The notes under the pieces: model-generated | The model's input: only the letters and a program-made list of their open reading frames with translations | Told to the model about the DNA's origin: nothing | The model's database searches: none | Position numbers and translations under genes: made by a program | Assembly (NCBI GenBank): GCA_903885565.1 | Contig: CAISJI010000055.1 | Coordinates: 1,563 to 65,562, forward strand | DNA from: an uncultured Planctomycetaceae bacterium | GTDB lineage: Bacteria > Planctomycetota > Planctomycetia > Pirellulales > UBA1268 | Direction of reading: 5' to 3' | DNA length: 64,000 nucleotides | In this document: positions 43,495 through 53,222 of the stretch, in pieces | Layout of the letters: each line of letters opens with the position of its first letter | How positions within the stretch are numbered: the stretch's first letter is position 1

Positions 43495-45966
43495 ATGCCC
43501 ATCGCCCCCTCCTCCTACCGACGTCGTGCCAAACGCGGCTCCTCTGTCGAGGCCCCTCAGGGTTTTCTGGGAAAACTGCTGGAACGCATGCTCCGCGGCG
43601 AGGTGATGCTCCGTCTGGGCCTGTGCCTGGCGGCGGGCGTTGGGCTGCTGGTGCTGCTCCATGGCTGGGCTGAACCGTTGCCATATCGCCCCGGGGGAGT
43701 TGTGGCCCGCGGTGTTGCCGCCCGCGTGCCGTTTGAAAAGCCCGACCTGGAACGAACCCGGGCCGCTCGGGAACGCGCCGCGGCGCAGGTTCGCGTGGTG
43801 TACACGCAGGACAAGGCCCCGTTTGTGCGTCTGCGGGATGGCCTCAAGAACCGGATTGCCGAGATCGCCGCAGCCGATGGGTTGGCGGAAGTCTCCCGTG
43901 ACGTGTGGCTGGAATTCGCGCCGGAGGCGGCCGATGCCTTTGTCGCTTTACCCCCGCGGAGCCATCCGCAGGAAGCTCTGCTGGCCGATTCTCTGCCGGC
44001 GACTGCCGCCCCCGCCGCAGACCCTGGATCGGCGGAGGAGGGGGTGACGGCTGAGGATGCCCCGAGCCCAACCGGCGTGGAAAGCGAAATCGACGCCGCC
44101 GACAAGGGTGCGCCTGCCGAACCGGCTCCCCTGCCCCCGGAAACCGCGGCGCTGGTGGCGGAAGCGGAGCAAACGTTCGAACAGTTCCGGGCTCGGCTCG
44201 ATTCGAAGGAAAAACAGCTCGAGTTCGACAAGGCGATCGACCGTGCCTTTGCCGATATCGTGGCCAACGGGGTCCTCGAAAAAATCCAGCACCGCATCGA
44301 CGAGGGAAGTCAGACGGAGATCGATGTCCATCCACCAGGCAACGTGCCAGACATCAGTCGCGTGCAGGTGGCCGACGTGCTGCTCGGTGAGGCCAAGGCA
44401 CGCCTCAAAACCCGAATCGACGATGAAATTGGCCCCGGACCCTTCGCCACCCGGATCTTCTCCTGGATCGAGCCCAAGCTGGCTGGCTCTCTGGAACTCG
44501 ACCCCGATGCCACGGCGCTTGCCAAGGCGGATGCCGTGGAAAAAACGCCGCAGCAATTTGTGCGCTATGCTGCCGGCGACTTGCTGGTAACGCCGGGACA
44601 GCCGATCACTCCCGACGATCAGTTTCTGCTCCAGCGCGAACATGAAGAGTATCTGCGGCAGCAGGATGCCCGTCAGCGAGCCGTCCGGGCCGCGGCCATG
44701 TTCGGGCTGTGCGCGGCGCTGTTTACGCTGGCTGGTTTCTACATCCACATGCACCACCGGGACGTGCTCGACGACCTCGGGCATGTCGCCACGTTGCTCG
44801 GATTGTCGGTGGTGACGGTAATGCTCTGCCTGGCAGCCGCCGGCGACGCGTGGCGGGCTGAGATTGTGCCGCTCTTGGTGTTTGCCATGACCGTGGCGAT
44901 CGCCTTCGACGAGGATCTGTCGCTGCTGCTGGCAGCGGAGGTGGCCTTGGTTGTTGTGATCGGGCTGGGACGCGGACTGGCTGACTATGTGACCTTGGCG
45001 GCGGCGGCGGCGGCGATGGTTTTCTGGATGGGACGGCTCCGCAGCCGCAGCAAACTGATCTATGTCGGGCTGTGGGCCGGGGCGGTGGCGTTCGCCACGC
45101 AACTCGGCTCCCAGTTGCTGGAAGAGCGCTCGCTCGACATGCAACTGCTCTACGAATCAGGGCGCACCGGGGCGTGGACGCTGCTGGCAGGCTTCCTCAT
45201 GACCGGCCTGCTGCCGTTTATCGAGCGTGCCTTCGGCGTGCTTACCGATCTCAGCCTTCTGGAGGTGGGGGATGTGGCCCATCCGCTCCTGCAGGAACTG
45301 GTGCGCAGGGCCCCCGGCACCTACAACCACTCGATCAATGTCGCGAGCATCGGTGAATCGGCCGCCGAGGCGATCGGTGCCCGTGGGCTCCTGGTGCGGG
45401 TCGGCGCCTATTTCCACGACATCGGCAAGATGCTCAAGCCGGCCTACTTCGTGGAAAATCAAGGCCAGCAGGGGAGCCGCCACGAATCGCTGGTGCCGGC
45501 CATGAGCACGCTGATCATCGTCGCCCATGTCAAGGAGGGAGCCGAACTGGCCCGCCAGTACAACCTGCCCCAGCCCATTGTCGATCTCATCGCCGAACAC
45601 CATGGCACGACGCTCGTGGAATATTTCTACCGCCGCGCGACGGAACGTTCGCAGGCCGATCCGAACGCGGCCGATGTCGACGAACAGACCTATCGCTATC
45701 CCGGCCCCCGGCCGAGCACCCGCGAATCGGCGGTGCTGATGCTCTCCGATGCGGTGGAAAGCGCGAGCCGCGCGCTCACCGAGCCGACGCCTGCGCGGAT
45801 CCAGAGCCTCGTTCACGAACTGGCGATGAAGCGCCTGCTGGACGGACAGTTCGACGAATGTGGGCTGACGCTTGAAGAGCTTGACCTGATCGAACAGAGC
45901 CTCGTCAAGAGCCTGACGGCCGTCTACCACGGGCGCGTCAAATACCCCGATCAAAGGACTGCCTAG
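43495..45966 (+). CDS. 7TM-HD (HDIG) membrane phosphohydrolase, PgpH/YqfF-like
   Basis: Extracellular N-domain, 7 TM segments, and a C-terminal HD domain: GTYNHSINVA, YFHDIGK, HHGT. Sits in the conserved phoH-ybeY neighbourhood. Confidence 0.85.
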   Translation: MPIAPSSYRRRAKRGSSVEAPQGFLGKLLERMLRGEVMLRLGLCLAAGVGLLVLLHGWAEPLPYRPGGVVARGVAARVPFEKPDLERTRAARERAAAQVRVVYTQDKAPFVRLRDGLKNRIAEIAAADGLAEVSRDVWLEFAPEAADAFVALPPRSHPQEALLADSLPATAAPAADPGSAEEGVTAEDAPSPTGVESEIDAADKGAPAEPAPLPPETAALVAEAEQTFEQFRARLDSKEKQLEFDKAIDRAFADIVANGVLEKIQHRIDEGSQTEIDVHPPGNVPDISRVQVADVLLGEAKARLKTRIDDEIGPGPFATRIFSWIEPKLAGSLELDPDATALAKADAVEKTPQQFVRYAAGDLLVTPGQPITPDDQFLLQREHEEYLRQQDARQRAVRAAAMFGLCAALFTLAGFYIHMHHRDVLDDLGHVATLLGLSVVTVMLCLAAAGDAWRAEIVPLLVFAMTVAIAFDEDLSLLLAAEVALVVVIGLGRGLADYVTLAAAAAAMVFWMGRLRSRSKLIYVGLWAGAVAFATQLGSQLLEERSLDMQLLYESGRTGAWTLLAGFLMTGLLPFIERAFGVLTDLSLLEVGDVAHPLLQELVRRAPGTYNHSINVASIGESAAEAIGARGLLVRVGAYFHDIGKMLKPAYFVENQGQQGSRHESLVPAMSTLIIVAHVKEGAELARQYNLPQPIVDLIAEHHGTTLVEYFYRRATERSQADPNAADVDEQTYRYPGPRPSTRESAVLMLSDAVESASRALTEPTPARIQSLVHELAMKRLLDGQFDECGLTLEELDLIEQSLVKSLTAVYHGRVKYPDQRTA

Positions 45967-46484
45967 TGGCCCGCGCCCAGCGTCCTGTCGCACCCTCCCC
46001 ACTCGCGGTCGAAATCAGCGATCGACAGAAGGTGTTGCGTGTGGCTGCCGAACCCCTCAAGCGGCTGATGCGCCGGGCTCTGACTGCCGAGGGAGTCGTG
46101 CAGGCCGAAATCAGCATTCTGCTGGTGGACGACCGGCGCATGGCCAAACTGCACAAGCAGTGGCTGGGGATTCCCGGTCCCACCGACGTCATCACCTTTG
46201 ACCTTTCCGAGTCGGGCTCAGCCGGCCCACGCAAGGCTCCGGCTGGCCTGCAGGGAGACATTGTCGTCAGCGCGGAGACCGCTCGGCGAACCGCCCGGCA
46301 GTTCGGCTGGACACCGCGGCAGGAACTGATCCTGTATCTGCTCCATGGCCTGCTGCACCTGACCGGCTACGACGACATCCTCCCCGCCGACCGCCGACTG
46401 ATGCGGGCCCGCGAAAAATCTTTGCTGCAGCAGTTGGGATTGCCCATTCCCCCGGTGGGACCGCCACAGGAACGGCACCGATGA
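45966..46484 (+). CDS. ybeY: rRNA maturation endoribonuclease YbeY
   Basis: ITFDL..., GDIVVSAE and LLHGLLHLTGYDD match YbeY. The third metal ligand position is Asp rather than His. The GTG start overlaps the upstream TAG by 1 nt. Confidence 0.85.
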   Translation: MARAQRPVAPSPLAVEISDRQKVLRVAAEPLKRLMRRALTAEGVVQAEISILLVDDRRMAKLHKQWLGIPGPTDVITFDLSESGSAGPRKAPAGLQGDIVVSAETARRTARQFGWTPRQELILYLLHGLLHLTGYDDILPADRRLMRAREKSLLQQLGLPIPPVGPPQERHR

Positions 46485-47779
46485 GCCCTGCTGCCACGCT
46501 CGGTTTGGATGGGGCGCTGCTGCTGTTGGTGGTCGCCAGCCTGGCAGCCATGCAGGCGCGGGCCGTGCGGGGTGCGCAGCGGGCCCGGCTGCAGGAGCTC
46601 TGCAAGCTGCGCGGCACTCCCCAGCGCTACGACGAGATCATCGACGGCAGCGAGACGATCGCCTTCATCGCCGCATCGGTTGTGGTGATCGCCGCCGTGG
46701 TCGCCACGATGCTCGCCTCCAGCGCCCTGCCGGCAGCTGGTGGCCGCAGAACGCTGGAAGCCTCCGCCATGACCGCCTGGATCGGGATCGTCTGGCTGAC
46801 GCTCGTCGTCGTGCCGATGGTCGTGACCCGTTTTGCTGGCCCGCGGATTGTGGTGGCAACCTGGGGGATGTGGCGTCCTGTGGTGGCTGTCGTCACTCCC
46901 ATGGTTGGCATGCTCGGCCAACTGGCCGGCAGGCTTGCCTCAACCGTCGGCCGGCGGGGCGCGGAGCAGGAGGCTGCCAGCATGCAGGATGAACTGCGGC
47001 AGGTGGTCGATGAAGCCCACCGCGAAGGACGCCTGGAGGGCGCCGCCCGCGACATGATCGAGGGCGTGATGGATCTCCGGGAAGCCCGGGTGTCGCAAAT
47101 CATGACGACCCGCACCAACATGATTTCTATTCCGCTGGAAACGAGCTGGGACGATGTTTTGCGACTGGCTGCCGACAGCGCCCACACGCGGCTGCCGGTC
47201 TGGGAACGGTCGCCCGACAATGTGGTGGGAATTCTCCATACCCGCGAACTGCTCACGCAACTCACCGCCCGACTGGGCTCCGACCCGACCGCAGGGGCCG
47301 CCGCTGAACCGCTATCGATCCGGCCACTCCTGCGCCCCCCATCCTTCGTGCCGGAATCGATGAGCGTGCAGAAGCTGCTTCGCGATTTTCAACGCACGCA
47401 CACCCACATGGCGGTTGTCACCGACGAGTTCGGCGGTGTTTCCGGGCTGGTCACCATCGAGGACGCCCTCGAGGAGATCGTGGGCGAGATCGCCGACGAG
47501 CATGACGAGGCCTTCTCCGATGGCATCCGCATGCTGAGCCCGGACATCTGCGAGGCCCGGGCCCAGGTGCGGCTGGGCACAATCAATGCCCGCATGGGGC
47601 TGGCACTTCCCGAGGAGGCCGACTACGAAACCGTCGGTGGGCTGGTCTTCCACCACTGTGGTCGCATTCCGGAAGCGGGGGAGCGGATCGAATCGCACGG
47701 AGCACTGCTGGAGGTGCTTTCGGCCACCCGCAGGCGGGTTGATGTGGTGCGGATCACCCGCCTCCCGCAGGAGCGTTAA
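46481..47779 (+). CDS. CNNM/CorC-HlyC family protein (TM DUF21 + CBS pair + CorC_HlyC)
   Basis: N-terminal 4-TM DUF21, CBS pair (VSQIMTTRTNM...RLPVWERSPDNVVGILHTREL), C-terminal transporter-associated domain (TVGGLVFHHCGRIPEAGE). ATGA overlap with ybeY. Confidence 0.85.
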   Translation: MSPAATLGLDGALLLLVVASLAAMQARAVRGAQRARLQELCKLRGTPQRYDEIIDGSETIAFIAASVVVIAAVVATMLASSALPAAGGRRTLEASAMTAWIGIVWLTLVVVPMVVTRFAGPRIVVATWGMWRPVVAVVTPMVGMLGQLAGRLASTVGRRGAEQEAASMQDELRQVVDEAHREGRLEGAARDMIEGVMDLREARVSQIMTTRTNMISIPLETSWDDVLRLAADSAHTRLPVWERSPDNVVGILHTRELLTQLTARLGSDPTAGAAAEPLSIRPLLRPPSFVPESMSVQKLLRDFQRTHTHMAVVTDEFGGVSGLVTIEDALEEIVGEIADEHDEAFSDGIRMLSPDICEARAQVRLGTINARMGLALPEEADYETVGGLVFHHCGRIPEAGERIESHGALLEVLSATRRRVDVVRITRLPQER

Positions 47780-47785
47780 CGCCCT

Positions 47786-48565
47786 ATGGCCGCGGACAAG
47801 ACGCCAGCCATCGTCATCCGCACGGTGCCCTTTGGGGAAACCAGCAGCGTTGTCACGCTCTACACCCGCGAATTCGGCAAGCTGCGGGCTCTGGCAAAGG
47901 GAGCGTGGCGTCCAAAGAGCGCTTTTGACGGCGCCCTTGACCTGCTTTCCATCTGTCAGGTACTCGTCCTCCGGAAAGTCTCGGGCGGTCTGGACTTGCT
48001 CACCGAGGCCCACCTCGGCAGCCGGTTCCGTGTCGCCGGAAGTCTGCCTGCTGTGTACGGCGGCATGTACATCGCAGAACTGCTCGATGCCCTCTCCGCT
48101 GATGCCGATCCGCAACAGGAAATGTTCGATGTGGCCGAAACAACCATCGCTGCGCTCTCTGGTCACTCCGGTGACGAAGACGTCGTGCGCCGGCTGGTTA
48201 TCCATGCTGAGCTCACGATGCTGCGACTCATCGGTCAGGCTCCCACGCTTGTGCACTGCGCGGAGTGTCTTGCCCCCACGGCACAGCACTCCCGGGTTGC
48301 CTTCGGCATGCTCGATGGCGGAACGCTCTGCGCACACTGCCGGCAGGGCCGCCGCGGGGTGGTTTCGGTCTCCGCAAACACCATCGCGAGCATGCACCTG
48401 CTCTCCGGCCCGCCAGCAGGATGGAAAGACCGCGCCAGCTTCCCTGCGGCGATCCATGGAGAACTCCGGGCCGTCATGAACACCTATCTTTCCCATCTCG
48501 TCGGCCGGCGACTCACCGTCAGCCGTTGGCTGTCCCCAGATTCGCGTACCGCACGACCCTCCTGA
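47786..48565 (+). CDS. recO: DNA repair protein RecO
   Basis: AIVIRTVPFGETSSVVTLYTREFGKLRALAKGA is an OB-fold N-terminus. Zn-finger-like CAEC...CAHC. Confidence 0.85.
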   Translation: MAADKTPAIVIRTVPFGETSSVVTLYTREFGKLRALAKGAWRPKSAFDGALDLLSICQVLVLRKVSGGLDLLTEAHLGSRFRVAGSLPAVYGGMYIAELLDALSADADPQQEMFDVAETTIAALSGHSGDEDVVRRLVIHAELTMLRLIGQAPTLVHCAECLAPTAQHSRVAFGMLDGGTLCAHCRQGRRGVVSVSANTIASMHLLSGPPAGWKDRASFPAAIHGELRAVMNTYLSHLVGRRLTVSRWLSPDSRTARPS

Positions 48566-48579
48566 ACCAACAGCCTGTT

Positions 48580-49866
48580 ATGTTCCATCGAACCTCGACT
48601 GGTGGCGGACTTCTGGTCGCAGCCCTCTGCTGCATATTCCTTGTGTCGGGCTGCGCCACAATGAAGATGCCGACGTGGCCCTGGTCAAAGTCGGGAGCCG
48701 ACGCCAGCAAACAGGTCGCCGGCGAACTGGGGGAGGATGCCGATTCCGCGGTCATCTCCTCGGAGTACAAGCCCTCCGAGGCGGAAACGGGCTGGGATTA
48801 CTTCAAGGGCGAAAATGTCAAACGCCGCTGGAAGAAGATGGTTGGACGCGGCCCCAACGAGCCAATCGCACGCACCGCGTTGGCCGAGGGAGACGCCTTG
48901 TTTCGCGACCGCAAATACAAGGAAGCGATCACAAAATACAAGACAGCGATCGACCGCTGGCCCGATTCCACCATCGAGGAAGACGCGATGTGGCAGTTGG
49001 CGGAGTGCTGGTTCTTCACCGATCAATATCCCAAGGCGGAAGACTGCTACGACGAGATCGTCAAAAAATATGCCAATTCCCGCTACCTCGACCGCATCGC
49101 GCAGCGGCAGTTTGTCATCGCGCAGTTCTGGGTTGCGCTGGACGACAAACATGGCTACTGGACGCTGACCCCCAATTTCGTCGACCGCAGCCGGCCAATC
49201 TTCGACACGCGTGGCCGGGGTATCAAGGCATTTGACCACGTTCGCATCAACGATCCCCGGGGCCCGCTGGCCGACGACAGCATCATGGCGCAGGCCAACG
49301 CTCATTTCGTCGATCGCCAGTGGATGGATGCCGACTATTTTTACGGCCTGCTCCGCAACGAATACCCCGACAGCGAGTTTCTGCTGCAGGCCCATCTGCT
49401 CGGCCTGCAAGCCAAACTGCGTGCCTATCAGGGGCCTGGCTACGAGGGAGGCGTCCTGGATGAGGCGGAGATCCTGGCCGACCAGACACTCGTGCAATTC
49501 CCCGATCAACTGGCCCAGGATGAACAGGACCGGGTCGTGAAGGTGCGGGCCGAAATCGGCGCCCAACAGGCGAAGCGCCACTGGGATCGCGCGGAATTCT
49601 ATGCCAAGGGGAAGCACTATTCGTCCGCCCGAATCTACTACGCTTTGATCGCCCGCGACCGACCGCAGACGCTGCTGGCCCAGCAATCGCGCGAAAAACT
49701 CGGGCTCATCGAAGGACTGGCCGATGTGTCAGACAATCCGTTCCCGCAGTTGACGGCGCTGCTCAATCCCGATTCCCTCAAAGAGGCCGAACTCGACGCC
49801 ATGGCCGAAGCCGATGCGGTCATCGCCCGTGAAGACACTTCCGGCGCCGCAGCCCCAATCCGCTGA
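48580..49866 (+). CDS. TPR lipoprotein, BamD-like outer-membrane assembly factor candidate
   Basis: ATG at 48580. Lipobox LVSGC. TPR-like repeats (ALAEGDALFRDRKYKEAITKYKTAIDRWPDS..AMWQLAECWFFTDQYPKAEDCYDEIVKKYANS). The track ORF starts at 48265. Confidence 0.6.
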   Translation: MFHRTSTGGGLLVAALCCIFLVSGCATMKMPTWPWSKSGADASKQVAGELGEDADSAVISSEYKPSEAETGWDYFKGENVKRRWKKMVGRGPNEPIARTALAEGDALFRDRKYKEAITKYKTAIDRWPDSTIEEDAMWQLAECWFFTDQYPKAEDCYDEIVKKYANSRYLDRIAQRQFVIAQFWVALDDKHGYWTLTPNFVDRSRPIFDTRGRGIKAFDHVRINDPRGPLADDSIMAQANAHFVDRQWMDADYFYGLLRNEYPDSEFLLQAHLLGLQAKLRAYQGPGYEGGVLDEAEILADQTLVQFPDQLAQDEQDRVVKVRAEIGAQQAKRHWDRAEFYAKGKHYSSARIYYALIARDRPQTLLAQQSREKLGLIEGLADVSDNPFPQLTALLNPDSLKEAELDAMAEADAVIAREDTSGAAAPIR

Positions 49867-49902
49867 ATTCCTCTGGCCCACGGGCCAATTCGGACCGCTC
49901 CC

Positions 49903-50445
49903 ATGGCTGCATGCCCCCTGCCACTTGGCCGCCTGCTGGTTGCGGCGATCCTGCTCTGCAGTGGCTGCGCTGGCTACCGGTTTGGAAATAATACGCTCTA
50001 CGCCCCCAATGTGCGCACCGTCTATGTGCCAGTCTTCCAGGCCGACAGCTACCGGGTGACGCCAGGCATCGATCTGGGCGAGCGGCTCACCGAGGCGGTC
50101 TGCAAGGAGATCGAAAAACGAACACCGTTCAAGGTGGTGGGCACTCCCGATGCCGATAGCGTCCTCACCGGGAGGATCGTCGCCGACACCAAACGCATGG
50201 TGGTGGAGAGCCCCACCGATCAGAGCCGTCAGGTGGAAATGAACATCCAGGTGCTGGTGACGTGGGCCGATCGCGGCGGGTCGGTGCTCGCCAGCGGGGG
50301 CGTTCCCCTGCCGGCCGCGAGCGTTGATGTGGGGCAGGCGGCGATGCTGGTGCCCGAATTCGGCCGCTCGGTGGTGAGCACCCAGCAGGAGGGGATCGTC
50401 AAAATGGCCCAGCAGATCGTCGGCCTGATGGAAGAGCCCTGGTGA
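49903..50445 (+). CDS. lptE: LptE-like lipoprotein
   Basis: Lipobox LLCSGC followed by AGYRFGNN...VYVPVFQ...LTEAVCKEI...ADSVLTGRIV...VEMNIQVLVTW, the pattern of the LptE family. Confidence 0.6.
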   Translation: MAACPLPLGRLLVAAILLCSGCAGYRFGNNTLYAPNVRTVYVPVFQADSYRVTPGIDLGERLTEAVCKEIEKRTPFKVVGTPDADSVLTGRIVADTKRMVVESPTDQSRQVEMNIQVLVTWADRGGSVLASGGVPLPAASVDVGQAAMLVPEFGRSVVSTQQEGIVKMAQQIVGLMEEPW

Positions 50446-50810
50446 AACAGGCCCCGTCCGACCCAAAAGTGGCCAGCCTGATGGCCACCGACTAAGCTTT
50501 GGGAGTGCGGGTCGTCGCGGTTCCAGCAGTGACTGGAACGTCGGCGTTCTGTCACGTATCGGTCTCCGGTGACGGCCGGGGAGATAACAGCCCGGCGGCG
50601 ACGAGTGCAGATGTCGCGACGGCTGGGATTCCTCGTAACAAAGGAGGTGATTCAGTGACGCAAAGTGACTGTACTAGGAGGCTGCGCCGCTAGCGGCCAG
50701 TCGACGGGCTAGCCGTTGACGCAGCCCTTTCAGCACGGAAACGCAGGCATAAGCGATGGCGCACAAGTGCCGTCCCATCTGCTTCGCGCGACCTGCCAAA
50801 GACTCCTATG

Positions 50811-50843
50811 GCTGCCGCCCCTTCGGGGGCGGCAGTTTTTTTT
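50811..50843 (+). terminator. canonical rho-independent terminator
   Basis: CTGCCGCCCC (50812-50821), TTCG loop, GGGGCGGCAG (50826-50835), then T8 (50836-50843). A 10-bp GC-rich perfect stem. Confidence 0.75.
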
Positions 50844-50869
50844 ACCGACCTGTCCGGGAAACTCTGCCC

Positions 50870-51751
50870 ATGCCCGCCGCCACGCCCAGCCACTGGCAAC
50901 TCCGCACCCGCAGGCTGCTGCTGCCCCATCCTGCCGGCCCCCTGCGCCGGCCGCTGGTGATGGGGATTGTCAACGCCACCCCCGACAGCTTTTCCGACGG
51001 CGGCCGGCATACGTCGGTGGAGGCGGCGGTAGCCCATGGCCTGCGCCTGGTGGCCGAGGGAGCCGATCTGCTCGATGTGGGCGGAGAAAGCACCCGCCCA
51101 TTTTCTGCCGGGGTGACGGCCGCGGAAGAATTGCGCCGCGTGGGGGATGTGGTGCGCCGATTGGCGGCGGAGGCGGGGGTTCCGGTCTCGATCGACACCT
51201 CCAAGGCCACGGTGGCCGCCGCCGCACTCGAGATGGGAGCCGAGATCATCAACGATGTGACCGGCCTGGAGGGTGATCCCGGCATGCTGCCCCTGGCCGC
51301 AGCCAGTCGTGCCGGCATCTGCGCGATGCACATGCAGGGTTCGCCTCAAACGATGCAGGTTGATCCCCGCTATGAAAATGTGGTGGCCGATATCAAGCGC
51401 TACCTGCAGGAGCGCCTCGATGCCCTGCTGGAAGCGGGCGTCGCCCGGGAAAGGATCTGTCTCGATCCGGGGATCGGGTTCGGCAAAACCCACGCCCACA
51501 ACCTGACGCTCTTGGCCCATGCGCACGAGTTTCTCGATCTTGGCGTGCCGATCCTGATCGGCCATTCCCGCAAGGGCTTCATCGGCAAATCGCTGGAGCA
51601 GGCGTTGGGACGCCCGGCCAGCGAGGCCCAGCGCGATGGGGGCACAGCGGGGGCCGCGTGTGCTCTGGCAGCGCAGGGAATCCAGATCGTGCGGGTGCAT
51701 GCTGTCGGGCTGGTGCGCAGCGCCCTCGAGCTGTTTTGCGCCCGGCCGTGA
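50870..51751 (+). CDS. folP: dihydropteroate synthase
   Basis: VMGIVNATPDSFSDGG, DLLDVGGESTRP, SIDT, INDV, DPGIGFGK, IGHSRK. The ATG at 50870 is preferred because the longer track ORF (50756) would contain the terminator hairpin. Confidence 0.9.
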   Translation: MPAATPSHWQLRTRRLLLPHPAGPLRRPLVMGIVNATPDSFSDGGRHTSVEAAVAHGLRLVAEGADLLDVGGESTRPFSAGVTAAEELRRVGDVVRRLAAEAGVPVSIDTSKATVAAAALEMGAEIINDVTGLEGDPGMLPLAAASRAGICAMHMQGSPQTMQVDPRYENVVADIKRYLQERLDALLEAGVARERICLDPGIGFGKTHAHNLTLLAHAHEFLDLGVPILIGHSRKGFIGKSLEQALGRPASEAQRDGGTAGAACALAAQGIQIVRVHAVGLVRSALELFCARP

Positions 51752-51818
51752 ATGAGCCGCCCCGGCGGCGGCCTCTCCCCGCATGCTATTCTGATGCTTT
51801 CCCCATACCGGAGGGCCC

Positions 51819-53117
51819 ATGTCGACACTCGCACCCGAGACTCCCGCGCATCTTCCCCCCACCGATTTGGCCAATCATTGCCGCTCCATCGCCTCCCGGG
51901 CCCGCCAGGCATCGATCGAGCTGGCCTCTGTGACCGGCGCAGAGAAATCTGCCTGCCTGCGGGCTGCCGCCGCGCAGATCCGGGCCGATGCTGCAGAAAT
52001 TTTGGCCGCCAACCAACTCGATCTGGCGGCTGCTCCGGGCTATGGGCTCTCGCCGGCCGCCATCGACCGACTCACGCTCGACGCCAAGCGGCTCGAATCG
52101 ATCGCCGCGGGCGTGGAGGCGGTGGCCCTGCAGAGCGACCCGGTGGGGGAGGTGTTGGAGGAATCAACGCGTCCCAACGGACTGATCATCCGCAAGGTGC
52201 GGGTGCCGCTGGGGGTCGTGTTCTTCATCTACGAATCGCGCCCCAACGTCACGGCTGATGCAGCGGCCGTCGCCCTCGCGGCGGGCAATGCCATCATCCT
52301 GCGCGGCGGGAAGGAGGCGGCCCATTCCAGCGCCCGGATTGTGCAGAGCATCCGGCAGGCGATCGCCGCATCGGGACTGCCCACCGACTGCGTGCAGTTG
52401 GTTGACACCGCCGACCGGGCCGCCGTGGGTCACTTTCTGACCATGGACGACTGTATCGACATCGCCATTCCCCGCGGCGGAGAGTCGCTCATCCGCCGGG
52501 TCTGCGCGGAGGCCACGATGCCTGTGCTCAAGCACTTCAGCGGCAATTGCCATGTCTATGTCGACAAGGCCGCCGATCTGGCCATGGCCCGCGCCATCAC
52601 CATCAATGCCAAGTGCCAGCGCATGGGGGTGTGCAATGCGGCGGAATCGCTGCTGGTGCACCGCGCTGTGGCGGCCCGTTTCCTGCCTGAAATCGCCAGT
52701 GCTCTGGCCGAGCATGGTGTGGAAATCGTGGGCGACGAGGCCACGCGCAGCCTTGTGCCGGGGGCAGGTGTGGCCACTGAGGCCGATTTTGCCGCGGAGT
52801 TCCTCGGCCCCAAAATTTCTGTGGCGGTGGTCGATTCCCTCGACGCCGCCATTGAGCATGTCAATCGCTACGGTTCCCGCCACACCGACACCATCGTCAC
52901 GGCCGATCACTCTGCAGCCGACCGCTTCACCACCCGCGTCGACACCGCCGTGGCAATGGTGAACGCCAGCACCCGGTTCAACGACGGCGGCGAGATGGGG
53001 CTGGGAGCCGAGATCGGCATCTCCACCGACAAGCTCCATGCCCGTGGCCCCTGCGGTGCGCGTGAACTCACCACCTACAAATATGTGGTGATTGGCACCG
53101 GCCAGACACGTGGCTAA
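51819..53117 (+). CDS. proA: glutamate-5-semialdehyde dehydrogenase (gamma-glutamyl phosphate reductase)
   Basis: VPLGVVFFIYESRPNVT, ILRGGKEA, IPRGG..LI, CNAAESLLVH, HTD.IVT, NASTRFNDGGEMGLGAEIGIST. Confidence 0.92.
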   Translation: MSTLAPETPAHLPPTDLANHCRSIASRARQASIELASVTGAEKSACLRAAAAQIRADAAEILAANQLDLAAAPGYGLSPAAIDRLTLDAKRLESIAAGVEAVALQSDPVGEVLEESTRPNGLIIRKVRVPLGVVFFIYESRPNVTADAAAVALAAGNAIILRGGKEAAHSSARIVQSIRQAIAASGLPTDCVQLVDTADRAAVGHFLTMDDCIDIAIPRGGESLIRRVCAEATMPVLKHFSGNCHVYVDKAADLAMARAITINAKCQRMGVCNAAESLLVHRAVAARFLPEIASALAEHGVEIVGDEATRSLVPGAGVATEADFAAEFLGPKISVAVVDSLDAAIEHVNRYGSRHTDTIVTADHSAADRFTTRVDTAVAMVNASTRFNDGGEMGLGAEIGISTDKLHARGPCGARELTTYKYVVIGTGQTRG

Positions 53118-53222
53118 CTGCCCGCGGAACAAGTCCTCACCGCACTTTTTCCACAGCCCGCCGGCCGCAGCCAATGCCCGCCCTCATCCATCCGCTCTCC
53201 TCACGATTCTCCGGATTCCGCG

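Noticed and set aside
47312-48496. 394-aa minus-strand ORF
   Set aside because: It is antisense to the corC-family and recO genes, both of which have clear family motifs on the plus strand.
50505-50610. Possible ZTP (pfl) or THF riboswitch upstream of folP
   Set aside because: I noticed fragments reminiscent of ZTP (GGGTCGT..., TGACTGG, CCGGGGAG). They are not in the consensus order or topology, and the 3' CCGCCUGGGC pseudoknot element is absent. I found no THF-I-like consensus either. The leader is kept only as an unclassified candidate.
50690-51874. 394-aa minus-strand ORF
   Set aside because: It is antisense to folP and has no motifs. The plus-strand product is an unambiguous dihydropteroate synthase.
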